From positions 66,792-130,791 of the forward strand of contig JBJMHR010000033.1 of assembly GCA_045807285.1 (NCBI GenBank): a DNA stretch of 64,000 nt, in the 5' to 3' direction. Position numbers and translations under genes: made by a program. Within the stretch, counting starts at the first letter, position 1. Each line of letters begins with the position of its first letter. Positions 48,182 through 58,541 of the stretch are shown here, in pieces. The notes beneath the pieces were generated by a model. The model saw nothing but the letters and a program-made list of their open reading frames with translations. It did no database searches and had not been told where the DNA came from. The stretch is from Actinomycetes bacterium (lineage in GTDB: Bacteria; Actinomycetota; Actinomycetes; JAWWOW01).

Positions 48182-49153
48182 GTGCCGCGCATGCTTGCTG
48201 CCGCTGCTGTGCGCACTGACGCCGACGACCCGCTGAGCTGTCTGGAGATCGGTGACCGGCCGGCGCCCGAGGTGCCTGACGGCTGGACGACCGTGACGGT
48301 CAAGGCCGCGTCGTTGAACCATCACGATCTCTGGAGCCTGCGCGGTGTCGGGCTACCCGACGATCGGCTGCCGATGATTCTCGGATGCGACGCGGCCGGT
48401 GTTGACGCCGAGGGAAACGACGTCATCGTGCACGCGGTCATCGCCGATCCCAGTGGCGGTGACGAGACGCTCGACCCCGGCCGCTCCCTGTTGTCGGAGA
48501 AGCACCAAGGCACGTTCGCCGAACAGGTCGCGGTGCCGCGTCGCAACGTCGTACCGAAGCCGGCGGCGTTGTCGTGGGAAGAGGCCGCGTGTCTGCCGAC
48601 CGCGTGGCTCACGGCGTACCGGATGTTGTTCACGCGTTCCGGCGCGCGTCCCGGTGACACCGTTCTCGTACAAGGTGCCGGGGGCGGGGTCAGTACGGCG
48701 CTGCTGCTGATCGGTCACGCTGCGGGCTTCCGCATGTGGGTCACGAGCCGCGACGAGACGAAGCGCAAGCAGGCGGTCGAGCTCGGTGCTGACGCGGCGT
48801 TCGAATCCGGCGCGCGGCTGCCCGGCCGAGTCGACGCCGTCATGGAGACAGTCGGCGCCGCGACCTGGTCGCACTCGTTGAAGAGCCTGCGTCCCGGGGG
48901 TGTCGTTGTCGTCGCCGGTGCAACGAGCGGCTTCGCTCCGCCCGCGGAGCTCAACCGCGTCTTCTTCCTCCAGCTCTCCGTCGTCGGCTCGACGATGGGA
49001 ACCCTCGACGAGCTCCGCCGGCTCGTGCAGCTTCTCGACGTCACTGGGGTGCGGCCGCCCATCGACGAGGTGGTCCCGCTGCAGGATGCCGCTCGAGGGT
49101 TTTCGCGAATGGCGGACGGCGAACAGTTCGGAAAGATCGTGTTCACGGTTTAG
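48182..49153 (+). CDS. Zinc-type alcohol dehydrogenase / quinone oxidoreductase family protein
   Basis: AASLNHHDLW, a GAGGGVS cofactor loop and a GroES-like N-terminus. Confidence 0.7.
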   Translation: MPRMLAAAAVRTDADDPLSCLEIGDRPAPEVPDGWTTVTVKAASLNHHDLWSLRGVGLPDDRLPMILGCDAAGVDAEGNDVIVHAVIADPSGGDETLDPGRSLLSEKHQGTFAEQVAVPRRNVVPKPAALSWEEAACLPTAWLTAYRMLFTRSGARPGDTVLVQGAGGGVSTALLLIGHAAGFRMWVTSRDETKRKQAVELGADAAFESGARLPGRVDAVMETVGAATWSHSLKSLRPGGVVVVAGATSGFAPPAELNRVFFLQLSVVGSTMGTLDELRRLVQLLDVTGVRPPIDEVVPLQDAARGFSRMADGEQFGKIVFTV

Positions 49154-49162
49154 ACCGACGCG

Positions 49163-50320
49163 ATGCGTATCGCGGTGATCACCGGCCCAGCCCCGGGGCA
49201 TTCGTTTCCCGCGGCCGCTCTCGCGGTTGCACTGCGGGAGCGCGGTCACGTCGTGGCGGTGCTGTCGGGGCCGGAGTGGGCGAGTGCGCTCGAACGTGAC
49301 GGGGTTGAGTCGCTGGACCTCCCGTTGCTCTCGCACGACTTTGACAGCGGTGACATAGGTCATCGGCTGTACGGCCGAGCCGCTGAGATGGCGCCGCCAT
49401 GTGCGGAGATGCTCAGGGGTTGGCGTGCTGACGCCGTCGTGAGTGACACGTTGGTGACCTGCGGCGGCTGGGCGGCGGCGTTGTGCGATCTGCCGTGGGT
49501 CGAGCTCGTCCCGCACGCGCTGCAGGACCTGTCGCGTGATCTGCCACCGCCGGGCACTGCGTTGTCCGCAGGCCGCACCCTGGTCGGCCGCGGACGTGAC
49601 GCGGTGCTCCGCCGGCTGACCGAACGCTCGCTGCGGTTGGCTGGAACACAACGCGCTGCGGCGCGCCGGTCCATCGGGCTGGACACAGATGCGCCGCCGG
49701 TGTTGCGTCTCGTGGCGACCCTGCCCGCTCTGGAGCCGCCGCGCTCGGACTGGCCCGCGCGCACCCATATCGTCGGCCCGCTCGTATGGGATCCAGCGGG
49801 CGTCGACCTCGAGCCGCCGACCGGCGATGCACCGCTGGTGTTCGTGTCCGCGTCGACCGTTCCGGGGCGAGCGCTCGGCGTACTCGAAACAGCAGTCGCC
49901 GGGTTGCGCGATGTGCAGCTTGTCTGCACGACGCTGACGTCGTACGACGCGCCCTTGCCACCATGGGCACGGGTGGGTATCGGGCGACAGCAACCGTTGC
50001 TGGATGTTGCAGATGTCCTTGTCTCGGGCGCAGGCAATGGCATCGTGTGCAAGGGGCTGTCCGCCGGACTGCCGATGGTGCTGGTGCCGGGTTGGGGTGA
50101 CCAGAAGGAGAACGCCGCTCGCGCGGGTCGTCTCGGTGCAGCAGTGGTCATCCCTCCGCAGCGGCTCACAGTCGACCGGCTACGGCACGCGGTGAACCGC
50201 GCCCTCAATGAGCCGACGATGCGCACGAAGTCAGCACAAGCAGGAGCCACCGGCGACGGACTAGGGCCGAGCTACGCGGCTGACCTCGTCACGCGGACGC
50301 TCTCGCCATCGCTTGGGTGA
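49163..50320 (+). CDS. GT1-family glycosyltransferase (MGT/UDP-glycosyltransferase-like)
   Basis: N-terminal MRIAVITGPAPGHSFP and a C-terminal donor-binding region (GAGNGIVCKGLSAGLPMVLVPGWGDQ). Confidence 0.75.
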   Translation: MRIAVITGPAPGHSFPAAALAVALRERGHVVAVLSGPEWASALERDGVESLDLPLLSHDFDSGDIGHRLYGRAAEMAPPCAEMLRGWRADAVVSDTLVTCGGWAAALCDLPWVELVPHALQDLSRDLPPPGTALSAGRTLVGRGRDAVLRRLTERSLRLAGTQRAAARRSIGLDTDAPPVLRLVATLPALEPPRSDWPARTHIVGPLVWDPAGVDLEPPTGDAPLVFVSASTVPGRALGVLETAVAGLRDVQLVCTTLTSYDAPLPPWARVGIGRQQPLLDVADVLVSGAGNGIVCKGLSAGLPMVLVPGWGDQKENAARAGRLGAAVVIPPQRLTVDRLRHAVNRALNEPTMRTKSAQAGATGDGLGPSYAADLVTRTLSPSLG

Positions 50321-50375
50321 TGCCGAGCGGCAGAACGGGGTACGGCGGTGCCGCGCCCTGATCGGCAGGTGGCGC

Positions 50376-53300
50376 TTAGCTGAGTTTCAACGCTTCCCGC
50401 ACGAGTGAGGATTGCTCGGCGTCGTGCATGGAGGAAGAACCACCCGCTGGAGCCGCGCTCGACGGACGGCTCACATGTCCGAGCGCACGACCGCCAAGCT
50501 GCTCCGGCAGATGCAACGCCATGAACGGCCAAGCGCCCTGGTTCGCCGGCTCCTCCTGCACCCAGACGACGTCTTCAACGTTCGGGTAGCGGTCGAGCGA
50601 GGCCTGCAGCTCGGCAGCCGGCAGCGGATAGACCTGCTCGACCCGCAGGATGGCCACGTCGTCGACGTTGTTCTTCGCCCGCGCGGCGCGCAGGTCGTAG
50701 TAGACCTTGCCGCTGCAGAGCACGACTCGGCGTACGCCGCCAGCATCAGGACCATCTGGGTCGGCGAGCACCTTCTGCCAGCTGCCGTCCGTGAACTCCT
50801 CGAGCCGGGACGTCGCGGCGCGCAGCCGGAGCATCGACTTCGGCGTGAACACGATCAACGGGCGGTGTTCGTCGTCGAGAACGTGGTGACGCAACAGGTG
50901 GAAATAGTTGCCCGGCGTCGTCGGTACGGCGATTGTCATGTTGTCCTGGGCGGCAAGGCTGAGATAGCGCTCGATCCGTCCGGAGGAGTGATCCGGCCCT
51001 TGGCCTTCGTAACCGTGCGGCAGCAGCAGTACGACGCCGGAGAGCTGGCCCCACTTCGCCTCGCCGGAGCTGATGAACTCGTCAACGATCGACTGCGCGC
51101 CGTTCGCGAAGTCGCCGAATTGCGCCTCCCAGCAGACCAGGGCATCCGGGCGAGCGAGTGAGTAGCCGTACTCGAAGCCCATCGCTGCGAACTCGGACAA
51201 CAACGAGTCGTAGACGTAGAACGTCGCCTGGTCGTCGGACAGGTGCGCGAGGGGTGTGTACTCCGCGCCGGTCTTGCGGTCGACCAGGACGGAGTGCCGC
51301 TGCCCGAACGTGCCGCGACGCGAGTCCTGCCCGGCGAGCCGCACAGGCCGGCCTTGTAAGAGAAGTGCGCCGAACGCGATCGACTCGCCCGTTGCCCAGT
51401 CGATCGTGTCGTCGGAGACCATCGCGGAGCGCTTCTCTAGCAGGGGGAGCAACCGAGGATGCACGGTGAACCCGTCCGGCACAGAGAGATAGGCGTCGAC
51501 GATCTGCTTGACCGCCTCGGCCGTTGTCGCGGTCGACACCTGCTGCTCGGAACGCGCCGGTTGCGCGATCATCGGCTCGGGTGGGGCCTGGTCGGCCTCG
51601 CGGGTCTCGATGAAGACCTTCTCGAGTTGTTCCTGGAAGTCGCGTAGCGCCTGCTCGGCCTCCTCCACCGTGATGTCGCCACGGCCGATCAACGCCTCGG
51701 TGTAGAGCTTGCGGACCGAGCGTTTGGCGTCCACGAGGTCGTACATGAGCGGTTGGGTGAACGACGGCTCGTCGACCTCGGAGTGCCCGCGCCGGCGGTA
51801 ACAGACCATGTCGACGACGACGTCCTTCTTGAACGTCTGGCGAAAGGCGAACGCGAGCTCAGCGACGCGGACACACGCCTCCGGGTCGTCGCCGTTCACG
51901 TGGAAGATCGGTGCCTGGATCATCCGGGCGACGTCCGTGGCGTAGACGCTCGAGCGGCCGGCGGTCGGCGACGTCGTGAAGCCGAGCTGGTTGTTCACGA
52001 CTACGTGCACTGTGCCGCCGGTGCGGTAGCCACGCAGCTGCGACAGGTTCAACGTCTCGGCAACGACGCCCTGGCCGGCGAACGCGGCGTCGCCGTGGAT
52101 CATCAACGGCAACACTGTGAAGCCGGCTTCACCACGACCGATGAGGTCCTGCTTCGCTCGTACGACGCCTTCGAGAACGGGGTCGACGGCTTCGAGGTGG
52201 CTCGGGTTCGACACGAGCGAGACCGTGACATCGGTGCCGTCAGCGGATCGGAAGCGACCTTCGGCGCCCAGGTGGTACTTCACGTCGCCGGAACCATGTG
52301 CGGTACGCGGGTCGAGGTTGCCCTCGAACTCACGGAAGATCTGCGCGTAGCTCTTGCCGACGATGTTCGCGAGCACGTTGAGCCGGCCCCGGTGCGCCAT
52401 GCCGATGACGACCTCGTCGAGGTTGCGGCGCGACGCGGCGCGCAGGATCGCGTCGAGCAGCGGGATGACCGACTCGCCGCCTTCGAGTGAGAACCGCTTC
52501 TGCCCCACGAACTTCGTCTGCAGGAACGTCTCGAACGCCTCGGCAGCGTTGAGCCGGCCGAGGATGTGCAGCTGCTCTTCACGGTCGAGGTTTGCGTGCG
52601 GCCGCTCGACGCGGTCCTGGATCCAGCGTCGCTGCTCGGGGTCCTGGATGTGCATGTACTCGACGCCGACGGTCCGGCAGTACGAGTCGCGGAGGACGCC
52701 GAGGATCTCCCGGAGCTTCGCGATCTGCTTGCCGCCGAAGCCACCCGTGGGGAATTCCCGGTCGAGGTCCCACAACGTCAAACCGTGCGTGACGACGTCG
52801 AGGTCGGGATGGCTGCGCTGCTTGTAGTCGAGCGGGTCGGTGTCGGCCATCAGGTGACCGCGCACGCGGTAGGCGTGGATGAGCTCCAGCACCCGGGCTT
52901 GCTTCGTGACCTCGTCCTCATGCGTGGACGAGATGTCGGTCACCCATCGAATCGGCTCATAGGGGATTCGCAGGGCGCGGAAGAGCTCGTCGTAGAAATC
53001 GTCAGCGCCGAGCAACAGCTCGTGCATGCGCTTCAGGAAGTCGCCGGACTGCGCGCCCTGGATGATGCGGTGGTCGTAGGTTGACGTGAGCGTGAGCACC
53101 TTGCTCACCGCAAGCCGCGCGAGCGTCTCCTCGGAAGCGCCTTGGTACTCGGCGGGGTACTCCATCGCGCCGACGCCGACAATGCAGCCCTGCCCGGCCA
53201 TGAGGCGCGGCACCGAGTGAACGGTGCCGATGGTTCCCGGGTTCGTGAGGCTGATCGTCGTACCGGCGAAGTCGTCCGCGGTGAGCTTGTTGTTACGTGC

Positions 53301-53996
53301 CCGCCGGACGATGTCCTCGTACGCCGTCCAGAACCCCGCGAAGTCCAGCGTCTCCGCGGACTTCACGGACGGGACCACCAGCTGGCGGGTGCCGTCGTCC
53401 TTGGCGAGGTCGATCGCCAGACCGATGTTGACGTGCTCGGGTACGACGAGCATCGGCTTGCCGGCGTCGTCCTCGGCGTACGCGTTGTTCATCTCCGGGA
53501 AGTCGAGCAGCGCCTTCACCATCGCGTAGCCGATGAGGTGGGTGTAGGAAGCCTTCCCGCCGCGACCCCGCTTCAGGTGGTTGTTGATCACGGTGCGGTT
53601 GTCGACGAGCAACTTGGCGGGTACGGCGCGCACGCTCGTCGCCGTTGGTACGGCGAGGCTCGCTTCCATGTTCGCGACGACGCGCGACGCCGCACCGCGC
53701 AGCGGCCGGCGCTCGCCGGGTGGGGCCGGCGCTGTCTTCGGCTCGGGGGCCGGCGCCGGGGGAGCGGGGGGCGGCGGAGCAGCCGCAGTGGGCACGGACG
53801 CGGCTGCGGGGCTGGCAGCGGGGGCGGACGGCGTTGCGCCGTTGCGGGACCCCGGCACGTAGTCCGCGAGGAACTCCTGCCAGACCGGGTCGACCGAGGC
53901 TGGGTTCTCCAAGTAGTTCTGGTAGATCTCCTGGACCAGCCACTCGTTGGCGCCGAAGCCGGCCAGGGGATCGGATTGCGGCGGTTGGGAAGTCAC
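50376..53996 (-). CDS. kgd: Multifunctional 2-oxoglutarate dehydrogenase E1 with N-terminal E2-like domain (Kgd/OdhA type)
   Basis: 1206 aa. Pro/Ala-rich linker, an E2-like succinyltransferase segment, then the E1 TPP domain. Confidence 0.9.
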   Translation of the reverse strand: MTSQPPQSDPLAGFGANEWLVQEIYQNYLENPASVDPVWQEFLADYVPGSRNGATPSAPAASPAAASVPTAAAPPPPAPPAPAPEPKTAPAPPGERRPLRGAASRVVANMEASLAVPTATSVRAVPAKLLVDNRTVINNHLKRGRGGKASYTHLIGYAMVKALLDFPEMNNAYAEDDAGKPMLVVPEHVNIGLAIDLAKDDGTRQLVVPSVKSAETLDFAGFWTAYEDIVRRARNNKLTADDFAGTTISLTNPGTIGTVHSVPRLMAGQGCIVGVGAMEYPAEYQGASEETLARLAVSKVLTLTSTYDHRIIQGAQSGDFLKRMHELLLGADDFYDELFRALRIPYEPIRWVTDISSTHEDEVTKQARVLELIHAYRVRGHLMADTDPLDYKQRSHPDLDVVTHGLTLWDLDREFPTGGFGGKQIAKLREILGVLRDSYCRTVGVEYMHIQDPEQRRWIQDRVERPHANLDREEQLHILGRLNAAEAFETFLQTKFVGQKRFSLEGGESVIPLLDAILRAASRRNLDEVVIGMAHRGRLNVLANIVGKSYAQIFREFEGNLDPRTAHGSGDVKYHLGAEGRFRSADGTDVTVSLVSNPSHLEAVDPVLEGVVRAKQDLIGRGEAGFTVLPLMIHGDAAFAGQGVVAETLNLSQLRGYRTGGTVHVVVNNQLGFTTSPTAGRSSVYATDVARMIQAPIFHVNGDDPEACVRVAELAFAFRQTFKKDVVVDMVCYRRRGHSEVDEPSFTQPLMYDLVDAKRSVRKLYTEALIGRGDITVEEAEQALRDFQEQLEKVFIETREADQAPPEPMIAQPARSEQQVSTATTAEAVKQIVDAYLSVPDGFTVHPRLLPLLEKRSAMVSDDTIDWATGESIAFGALLLQGRPVRLAGQDSRRGTFGQRHSVLVDRKTGAEYTPLAHLSDDQATFYVYDSLLSEFAAMGFEYGYSLARPDALVCWEAQFGDFANGAQSIVDEFISSGEAKWGQLSGVVLLLPHGYEGQGPDHSSGRIERYLSLAAQDNMTIAVPTTPGNYFHLLRHHVLDDEHRPLIVFTPKSMLRLRAATSRLEEFTDGSWQKVLADPDGPDAGGVRRVVLCSGKVYYDLRAARAKNNVDDVAILRVEQVYPLPAAELQASLDRYPNVEDVVWVQEEPANQGAWPFMALHLPEQLGGRALGHVSRPSSAAPAGGSSSMHDAEQSSLVREALKLS

Positions 53997-54037
53997 ACGT
54001 TCAGGCTACGCGGAACGGCAACCACCGTAGGGCGGTG

Positions 54038-55204
54038 TCACAGGCCGATGGCGCGGCTGATCACGAGTCGCTGCACCTCACTCGCACCTTCGACGACGCG
54101 CAACATGCGCAGATGCCGGAGCACGTGCTCCATCGGACCTTCCTTGAGCAGTCCGGTGCCACCGAAGACCTGCAGGCAGCGGTCTGCCACGGCGTACCCG
54201 CGTTCGGTGTCGTAGAGCTTGACGATCGACGCATCGAGCATCGGTGACTCGCCGGCGTCGACCGCCCAGGCGAGGTGGTAGGTGAGCCAGCGCATTGCCT
54301 CGATGTCCGCCTTGCAGTCGGCGAGTGGGAAGGCCACGCCTTGGTTGCGGGCCAGCGGCTTGCCGAATGCCGTGCGCGACCTGGCGTGCTCGATGGCCGT
54401 GTCGAGCGCATACTCCGCGAGGCCGAGGCACTGCGCGCCGATGTAGGCCCGGCCGGCGTTCAGGAAGCCCATTGCCGCGAAGAAGCCACGGCCTACTTCA
54501 CCCACGACGTGGTCCGCCGGCACGCGTGCACCGTCGAAGAACAGCTCCGCGGGGTGCGTGTCGGCCATCGTCCACTGCGTCTTCCCCACCCGGAACTGGC
54601 TCTTCGGCACGACGAACGCGGTGATGCCACCCGCTGCGCGCTTCTCCGCATCCGTGACAGCGAAGACGAGGGCGAAGTCGGCGCGCGCCGCGTTGGTGAT
54701 GAAGTGCTTGTGACCGTCGATCACCCACTCGTTGCCCTCTTGGCGAGCGCTAGTACGAATGGACTGCGCGTCACTTCCTGCCTCGGGCTCGGTCAGCGCG
54801 AAACACATCGTCTGCTCACCGCGCACCAGGGGGCGCACGTAGCTGTCCCACAGATGTTCGGGGAGCTCCATCAGCAACGGCGTCGGGCCCTCGGGGTTGG
54901 GCGGAGCGATCGCTGCCATCGCGAGCCGCAGGCCGGAGCTCGCGGCGTCCTCGACGAGCAGCGTCGTACCAAGCGTGGACAGACCCCAGCCTCCGACGGA
55001 CTCCGGCAGGTGTGCGGCGTAGAAGCCTTCGCGTGCCGACCGCGCCTTGACCTCGTCAGCAGCGATTCGGATTGCCGCGACGTCCGGGCTCATTGACCAG
55101 AACTGCTCACGCAGCTGCTCGTCGATCGGCCGCACCTCGCGGTCGAGGAACGACGCGAAGCTCTTCCGCAGCGCTGTCAGCTCATCCGGTACGGCGAAGT
55201 CCAT
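54038..55204 (-). CDS. Acyl-CoA dehydrogenase
   Basis: ACAD N-terminal, middle and C-terminal domains, with catalytic-base region YVRPLVRGEQ and FGGTG...EGASEVQ. Confidence 0.85.
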   Translation of the reverse strand: MDFAVPDELTALRKSFASFLDREVRPIDEQLREQFWSMSPDVAAIRIAADEVKARSAREGFYAAHLPESVGGWGLSTLGTTLLVEDAASSGLRLAMAAIAPPNPEGPTPLLMELPEHLWDSYVRPLVRGEQTMCFALTEPEAGSDAQSIRTSARQEGNEWVIDGHKHFITNAARADFALVFAVTDAEKRAAGGITAFVVPKSQFRVGKTQWTMADTHPAELFFDGARVPADHVVGEVGRGFFAAMGFLNAGRAYIGAQCLGLAEYALDTAIEHARSRTAFGKPLARNQGVAFPLADCKADIEAMRWLTYHLAWAVDAGESPMLDASIVKLYDTERGYAVADRCLQVFGGTGLLKEGPMEHVLRHLRMLRVVEGASEVQRLVISRAIGL

Positions 55205-55216
55205 GCGCGGATCTTG

Positions 55217-56785
55217 TCAGCGAGCGGACGGAAGCCCGAGATCGGCAAGAACGCGTTGCGCGGCATTGTGCCCGGCGGCGCCGATGACGGACCCGGCCGG
55301 ATGACACCCGGCGCTGGCGGCGTATAGCCCGGGCAGCCATGAGTACGGCACGCGGTCGGCGAACGCGAACGCGTTGTCGACGTGGTGGATGTGTCCGCCG
55401 GTGATACCGAAGCGGCGTTCGATCTCCGGCGGTGGCAACGCCAGCACGTCGGCCACGCACGAGTTCGTGTCGGGTGCGAAGCGGTCACAGATCGCCAGCA
55501 GCTTGTCGACGTACGACGACAGTGCGTGGGTCCACGTCGTACCAGTGGGTGTGTGCGGGACCGACTGCACGAACAGCGCACTCGAGTGGTGACCGCGGTC
55601 GTCTTGCAGGCTCGGGTCGACCGTCGTGTGGACGTACCACTCCATCGTCGGGAAGTCGGGCAGCCGGCCGGCTTCTACGTCGGTCCACATGTCGCGGACG
55701 GCGTCGAGCACGTCTGGTTCTTCCGGGAGCAGGTGGATGGTCGCGCCGAACGGCGACGTCGCTCCCTCCGGCAGGCAGGTGAACGTCGGCAGTTTTCGTA
55801 AGGCGAGGTTGACCTTCAATGTGGTGCCTGGGAGGCGCACGTCGTCCAGACGACGCGAGATCTGATCGGGCACGACGTCGCCGACGAGGTCCGCGAGCCG
55901 GAACGGGTCGCACCCGCCGACGACGACGAGGGCCTGGATCTCGTGCCCGTCAGCCAAGGTCACGCCGGCCACCGCGCCGGCATCGGTGCGAACGGATGCG
56001 ACCGGCGAGCTCGTCATCAGCTGCGCGCCCGCACGCCGCGCCGCGTCCGCAATCTGCGCTGTCACCGTGCCCATGCCCCCGCGCACGATCATCCAGGTGC
56101 CGCCGGCGTCCGGCAGGCGGCACATGTTGTGCACGAGGAAGTTGTGTCCGGAGCCGGGTGTGTCCGGTCCGGCGTGCAAGCCCGACAACCCGTCGGTGAC
56201 GACGTACATCGCGATGAGCAAGTCGCTCGTGAAGCCGAAGCGATCGAGGTAGGCCGCCACGGATCCTCGGCACAGGTCAACGAATGTTTCGCGCAGCTCG
56301 GGCCGGACGTACTTCTCGGCGGTGTCCTCGACGGAGAGGGGCTCGGCTAACCACGACGGCGCGATGTCCTCCCGCAGCGCGGCGAGCTCGGCTGCCAGAG
56401 CGTCATCGGCCTTCGCGTTCTCCTCGCCGAATGTCGTGGCGATTGCTTGGCGGTTCACAGCGGCGTCGGCACCGAGCAGGAGGTACTGGTCACCGGTCGT
56501 TGGAAGGAAGTAGTGCGGGTCGCGGCGCAGAACCGGGATATTCACGCCGAGCAGCTGGATCAGCTCGGGCGGCATCAGGCCGAGCAGATAGGCACCGGTC
56601 GACTGCCGCAGCCCCGGCACGCGTTCGAACGGCGCCTCTGTCCTTGCCGCGCCGCCGAGAACGCCGGAGCGCTCGCAGACGACAACTCGCAACCCAGCCC
56701 GGGCCAGGAGCGTCGCAGCAACCAGGCCGTTGTGGCCCGCGCCGACGACGACGACGTCGGCGCTCGTTGGCACCGCCTCCGTCAT
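55217..56785 (-). CDS. FAD-dependent oxidoreductase (phytoene-desaturase/CrtI-like)
   Basis: DVVVVGAGHNGLVAATLLARAGLRVVVCE is a dinucleotide fold. 522 aa. Start at M143 of the track ORF. Confidence 0.7.
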   Translation of the reverse strand: MTEAVPTSADVVVVGAGHNGLVAATLLARAGLRVVVCERSGVLGGAARTEAPFERVPGLRQSTGAYLLGLMPPELIQLLGVNIPVLRRDPHYFLPTTGDQYLLLGADAAVNRQAIATTFGEENAKADDALAAELAALREDIAPSWLAEPLSVEDTAEKYVRPELRETFVDLCRGSVAAYLDRFGFTSDLLIAMYVVTDGLSGLHAGPDTPGSGHNFLVHNMCRLPDAGGTWMIVRGGMGTVTAQIADAARRAGAQLMTSSPVASVRTDAGAVAGVTLADGHEIQALVVVGGCDPFRLADLVGDVVPDQISRRLDDVRLPGTTLKVNLALRKLPTFTCLPEGATSPFGATIHLLPEEPDVLDAVRDMWTDVEAGRLPDFPTMEWYVHTTVDPSLQDDRGHHSSALFVQSVPHTPTGTTWTHALSSYVDKLLAICDRFAPDTNSCVADVLALPPPEIERRFGITGGHIHHVDNAFAFADRVPYSWLPGLYAASAGCHPAGSVIGAAGHNAAQRVLADLGLPSAR

Positions 56786-57183
56786 CGGTCCCGCAACCGT
56801 CGCACGAACTTCAGTCCCGACCACGTGTCGTCGATCGCGCAGACCTTCACGTCGACGAGCCCGGCACCTAGCCCGACATCGCGTACGACGTTCTCGTTGA
56901 GATCCGTGCGCACTCCACTCGCCTTCTTGGGCCAGGCGATCCACAGCGCGCCCGCTGTCGTCATCGTCCCGTCCAGCTGGGCGAACCGGCGTACCAGCTG
57001 AGCATTGTCCTTGCAGAACGCGACCGCCACGTCGTACGGCGGGCGGCTGGGCCGGCGGAGCACTTCGACGGCGCCATCGACGTCGAGCTCGAAAGCCGGG
57101 GGAGCTCCGGCAAGCAGCACGCGGTGACCGTCCTTGATACCGAGCTTCTTGGGCAGCGGAGTGCCGGAGTAGCCGGCCATCAC
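56782..57183 (-). CDS. DUF3052-like small protein
   Basis: GTG start. MAGYSGTPLPKKLGIKDGHRVLL. Overlaps neighbouring genes on both sides. Confidence 0.45.
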   Translation of the reverse strand: MMAGYSGTPLPKKLGIKDGHRVLLAGAPPAFELDVDGAVEVLRRPSRPPYDVAVAFCKDNAQLVRRFAQLDGTMTTAGALWIAWPKKASGVRTDLNENVVRDVGLGAGLVDVKVCAIDDTWSGLKFVRRLRDR

Positions 57184-57869
57184 GCCACCGCTCGATGGAG
57201 GAGCTCGTCATAGATCGAGGGATCGTCTTTCTCGATGACCAGAAACCCCCGTCCCTGTTCCTTCGTCCACTTCATCGAAATCCCAGGGTTGTGAAAGTCC
57301 GACCCGTCCGGGCAGAACAGATGCGGGCTTCCTTTCACGTCGTTCCGCTCGGCGAAGTCGTGTTGCTCCACGACCGCTCGCAGTCCCGCTCCCGACAGCA
57401 TCACCTCGGTCAACGCGTCGGTGTCGAGTCCCGAGCACGACATGGCGACTTCGAAGACCTCGGTCCACTGGCCGATCGGTCTGCTGTCGCGGTAGAACGC
57501 TTTGCGAAGTGCGTGATCAATCTCCTCGCTCGCGCGCAGACCGCCGACGGACTCGTCTTTCGCTGCTTGGACAGCACTGAGCGCGATCAACACGCTGGAC
57601 GGGTACTCGTCCACCCGGCGCTGCCAGGACTGCCAGGCCAGTGCCGGCTCGTGTGCGCCGATTGCCGCGACCTCTGCGTCGATCGTGCGCTTCGGCGTAC
57701 ACCGGCCGTTGACGAGCTCGAGCGGAAAGGCGCGCAAGTCGATGCGCACCTGATCGTCGAGACCGAGCCGGGTGCGCGCAGCGTGTAGTCGGTGCACAGC
57801 GAGCGATGCCCAGGGGCAGGCGATGTCACCCCAGACGGCGACGGTGCCCGGCAGCGTCGTTTGGGCCAT
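57180..57869 (-). CDS. DsbA-family thiol:disulfide oxidoreductase (FrnE-like)
   Basis: VAVWGDIACPWASL CxxC motif within a thioredoxin fold. Internal ATG used so the CDS does not overlap the tRNA. Confidence 0.65.
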   Translation of the reverse strand: MAQTTLPGTVAVWGDIACPWASLAVHRLHAARTRLGLDDQVRIDLRAFPLELVNGRCTPKRTIDAEVAAIGAHEPALAWQSWQRRVDEYPSSVLIALSAVQAAKDESVGGLRASEEIDHALRKAFYRDSRPIGQWTEVFEVAMSCSGLDTDALTEVMLSGAGLRAVVEQHDFAERNDVKGSPHLFCPDGSDFHNPGISMKWTKEQGRGFLVIEKDDPSIYDELLHRAVA

Positions 57870-57958
57870 CGGGCGACCGTACGCCGCTCGCAGCTTGGCT
57901 CTGAACGGGCGGCGAGCAGTCGCGCTGCCGGTTGGGGCCGGCGTCGCCATCACGAGGG

Positions 57959-58030
57959 CGCCCCCGGCAGGATTCGAACCTGCGCACCCGCCTCCGGAGG
58001 GCGGTGCTCTATCCCCTGAGCTACGAGGGC
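57959..58030 (-). tRNA. tRNA-Arg (anticodon CCG)
   Basis: GCCCTCGTAGCTCAGGGGATAGAGCACCGCCCTCCGGAGGCGGGTGCGCAGGTTCGAATCCTGCCGGGGGCG. The 7-bp acceptor includes one U-G pair. Anticodon loop CUCCGGA. Followed by CCC, so CCA is not encoded. Confidence 0.85.
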
Positions 58031-58094
58031 CAGGCGCGGTCGAGGCTAGCAAGCGCTGCGTGGCTCGTTACCTGCGTCGGCTAGCCTCGAAAAA

Positions 58095-58478
58095 GTGAGC
58101 ACCGGGCCGGGACGTGTTCTCGTCGTCGACGACGATGAGGTGATCCGGCAACTCATCACGGTGAACCTCGAGCTCGAAGGCTTCGACGTGCACAACGCCT
58201 TCGACGGCCAGGACTGCCTCGACAAGATCAAGGACGTCACGCCCGATGTCGTGACCCTCGACGTGATGATGCCCCGGCTGGACGGCTGGGAGACAGCCGC
58301 GCGCATTCGCAGCGACGACTCGCTTTCCTACGTGCGCATTGTGTTGCTGTCCGCGCGCGCTCAGGAGGCGGATATCGAACGCGGCGACAAGATCGGTGTC
58401 GATGCGTACCTCACCAAGCCGTTTGATCCAGACGATCTCGTCGAGACGGTTCGCCGACTGGCAGGTGGCGAGGCCTGA
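58095..58478 (+). CDS. Stand-alone response-regulator receiver domain protein
   Basis: VVDDDEVIRQ, DVMMPRLDG (phospho-acceptor Asp) and YLTKPF. 127 aa with no output domain. Confidence 0.75.
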   Translation: MSTGPGRVLVVDDDEVIRQLITVNLELEGFDVHNAFDGQDCLDKIKDVTPDVVTLDVMMPRLDGWETAARIRSDDSLSYVRIVLLSARAQEADIERGDKIGVDAYLTKPFDPDDLVETVRRLAGGEA

Positions 58479-58541
58479 TCCTCGCGGCGGTGTGCGTTTT
58501 CTCCGCCGGAGTTGATCATGTTCTGCGATAGCCTCGCTTGC

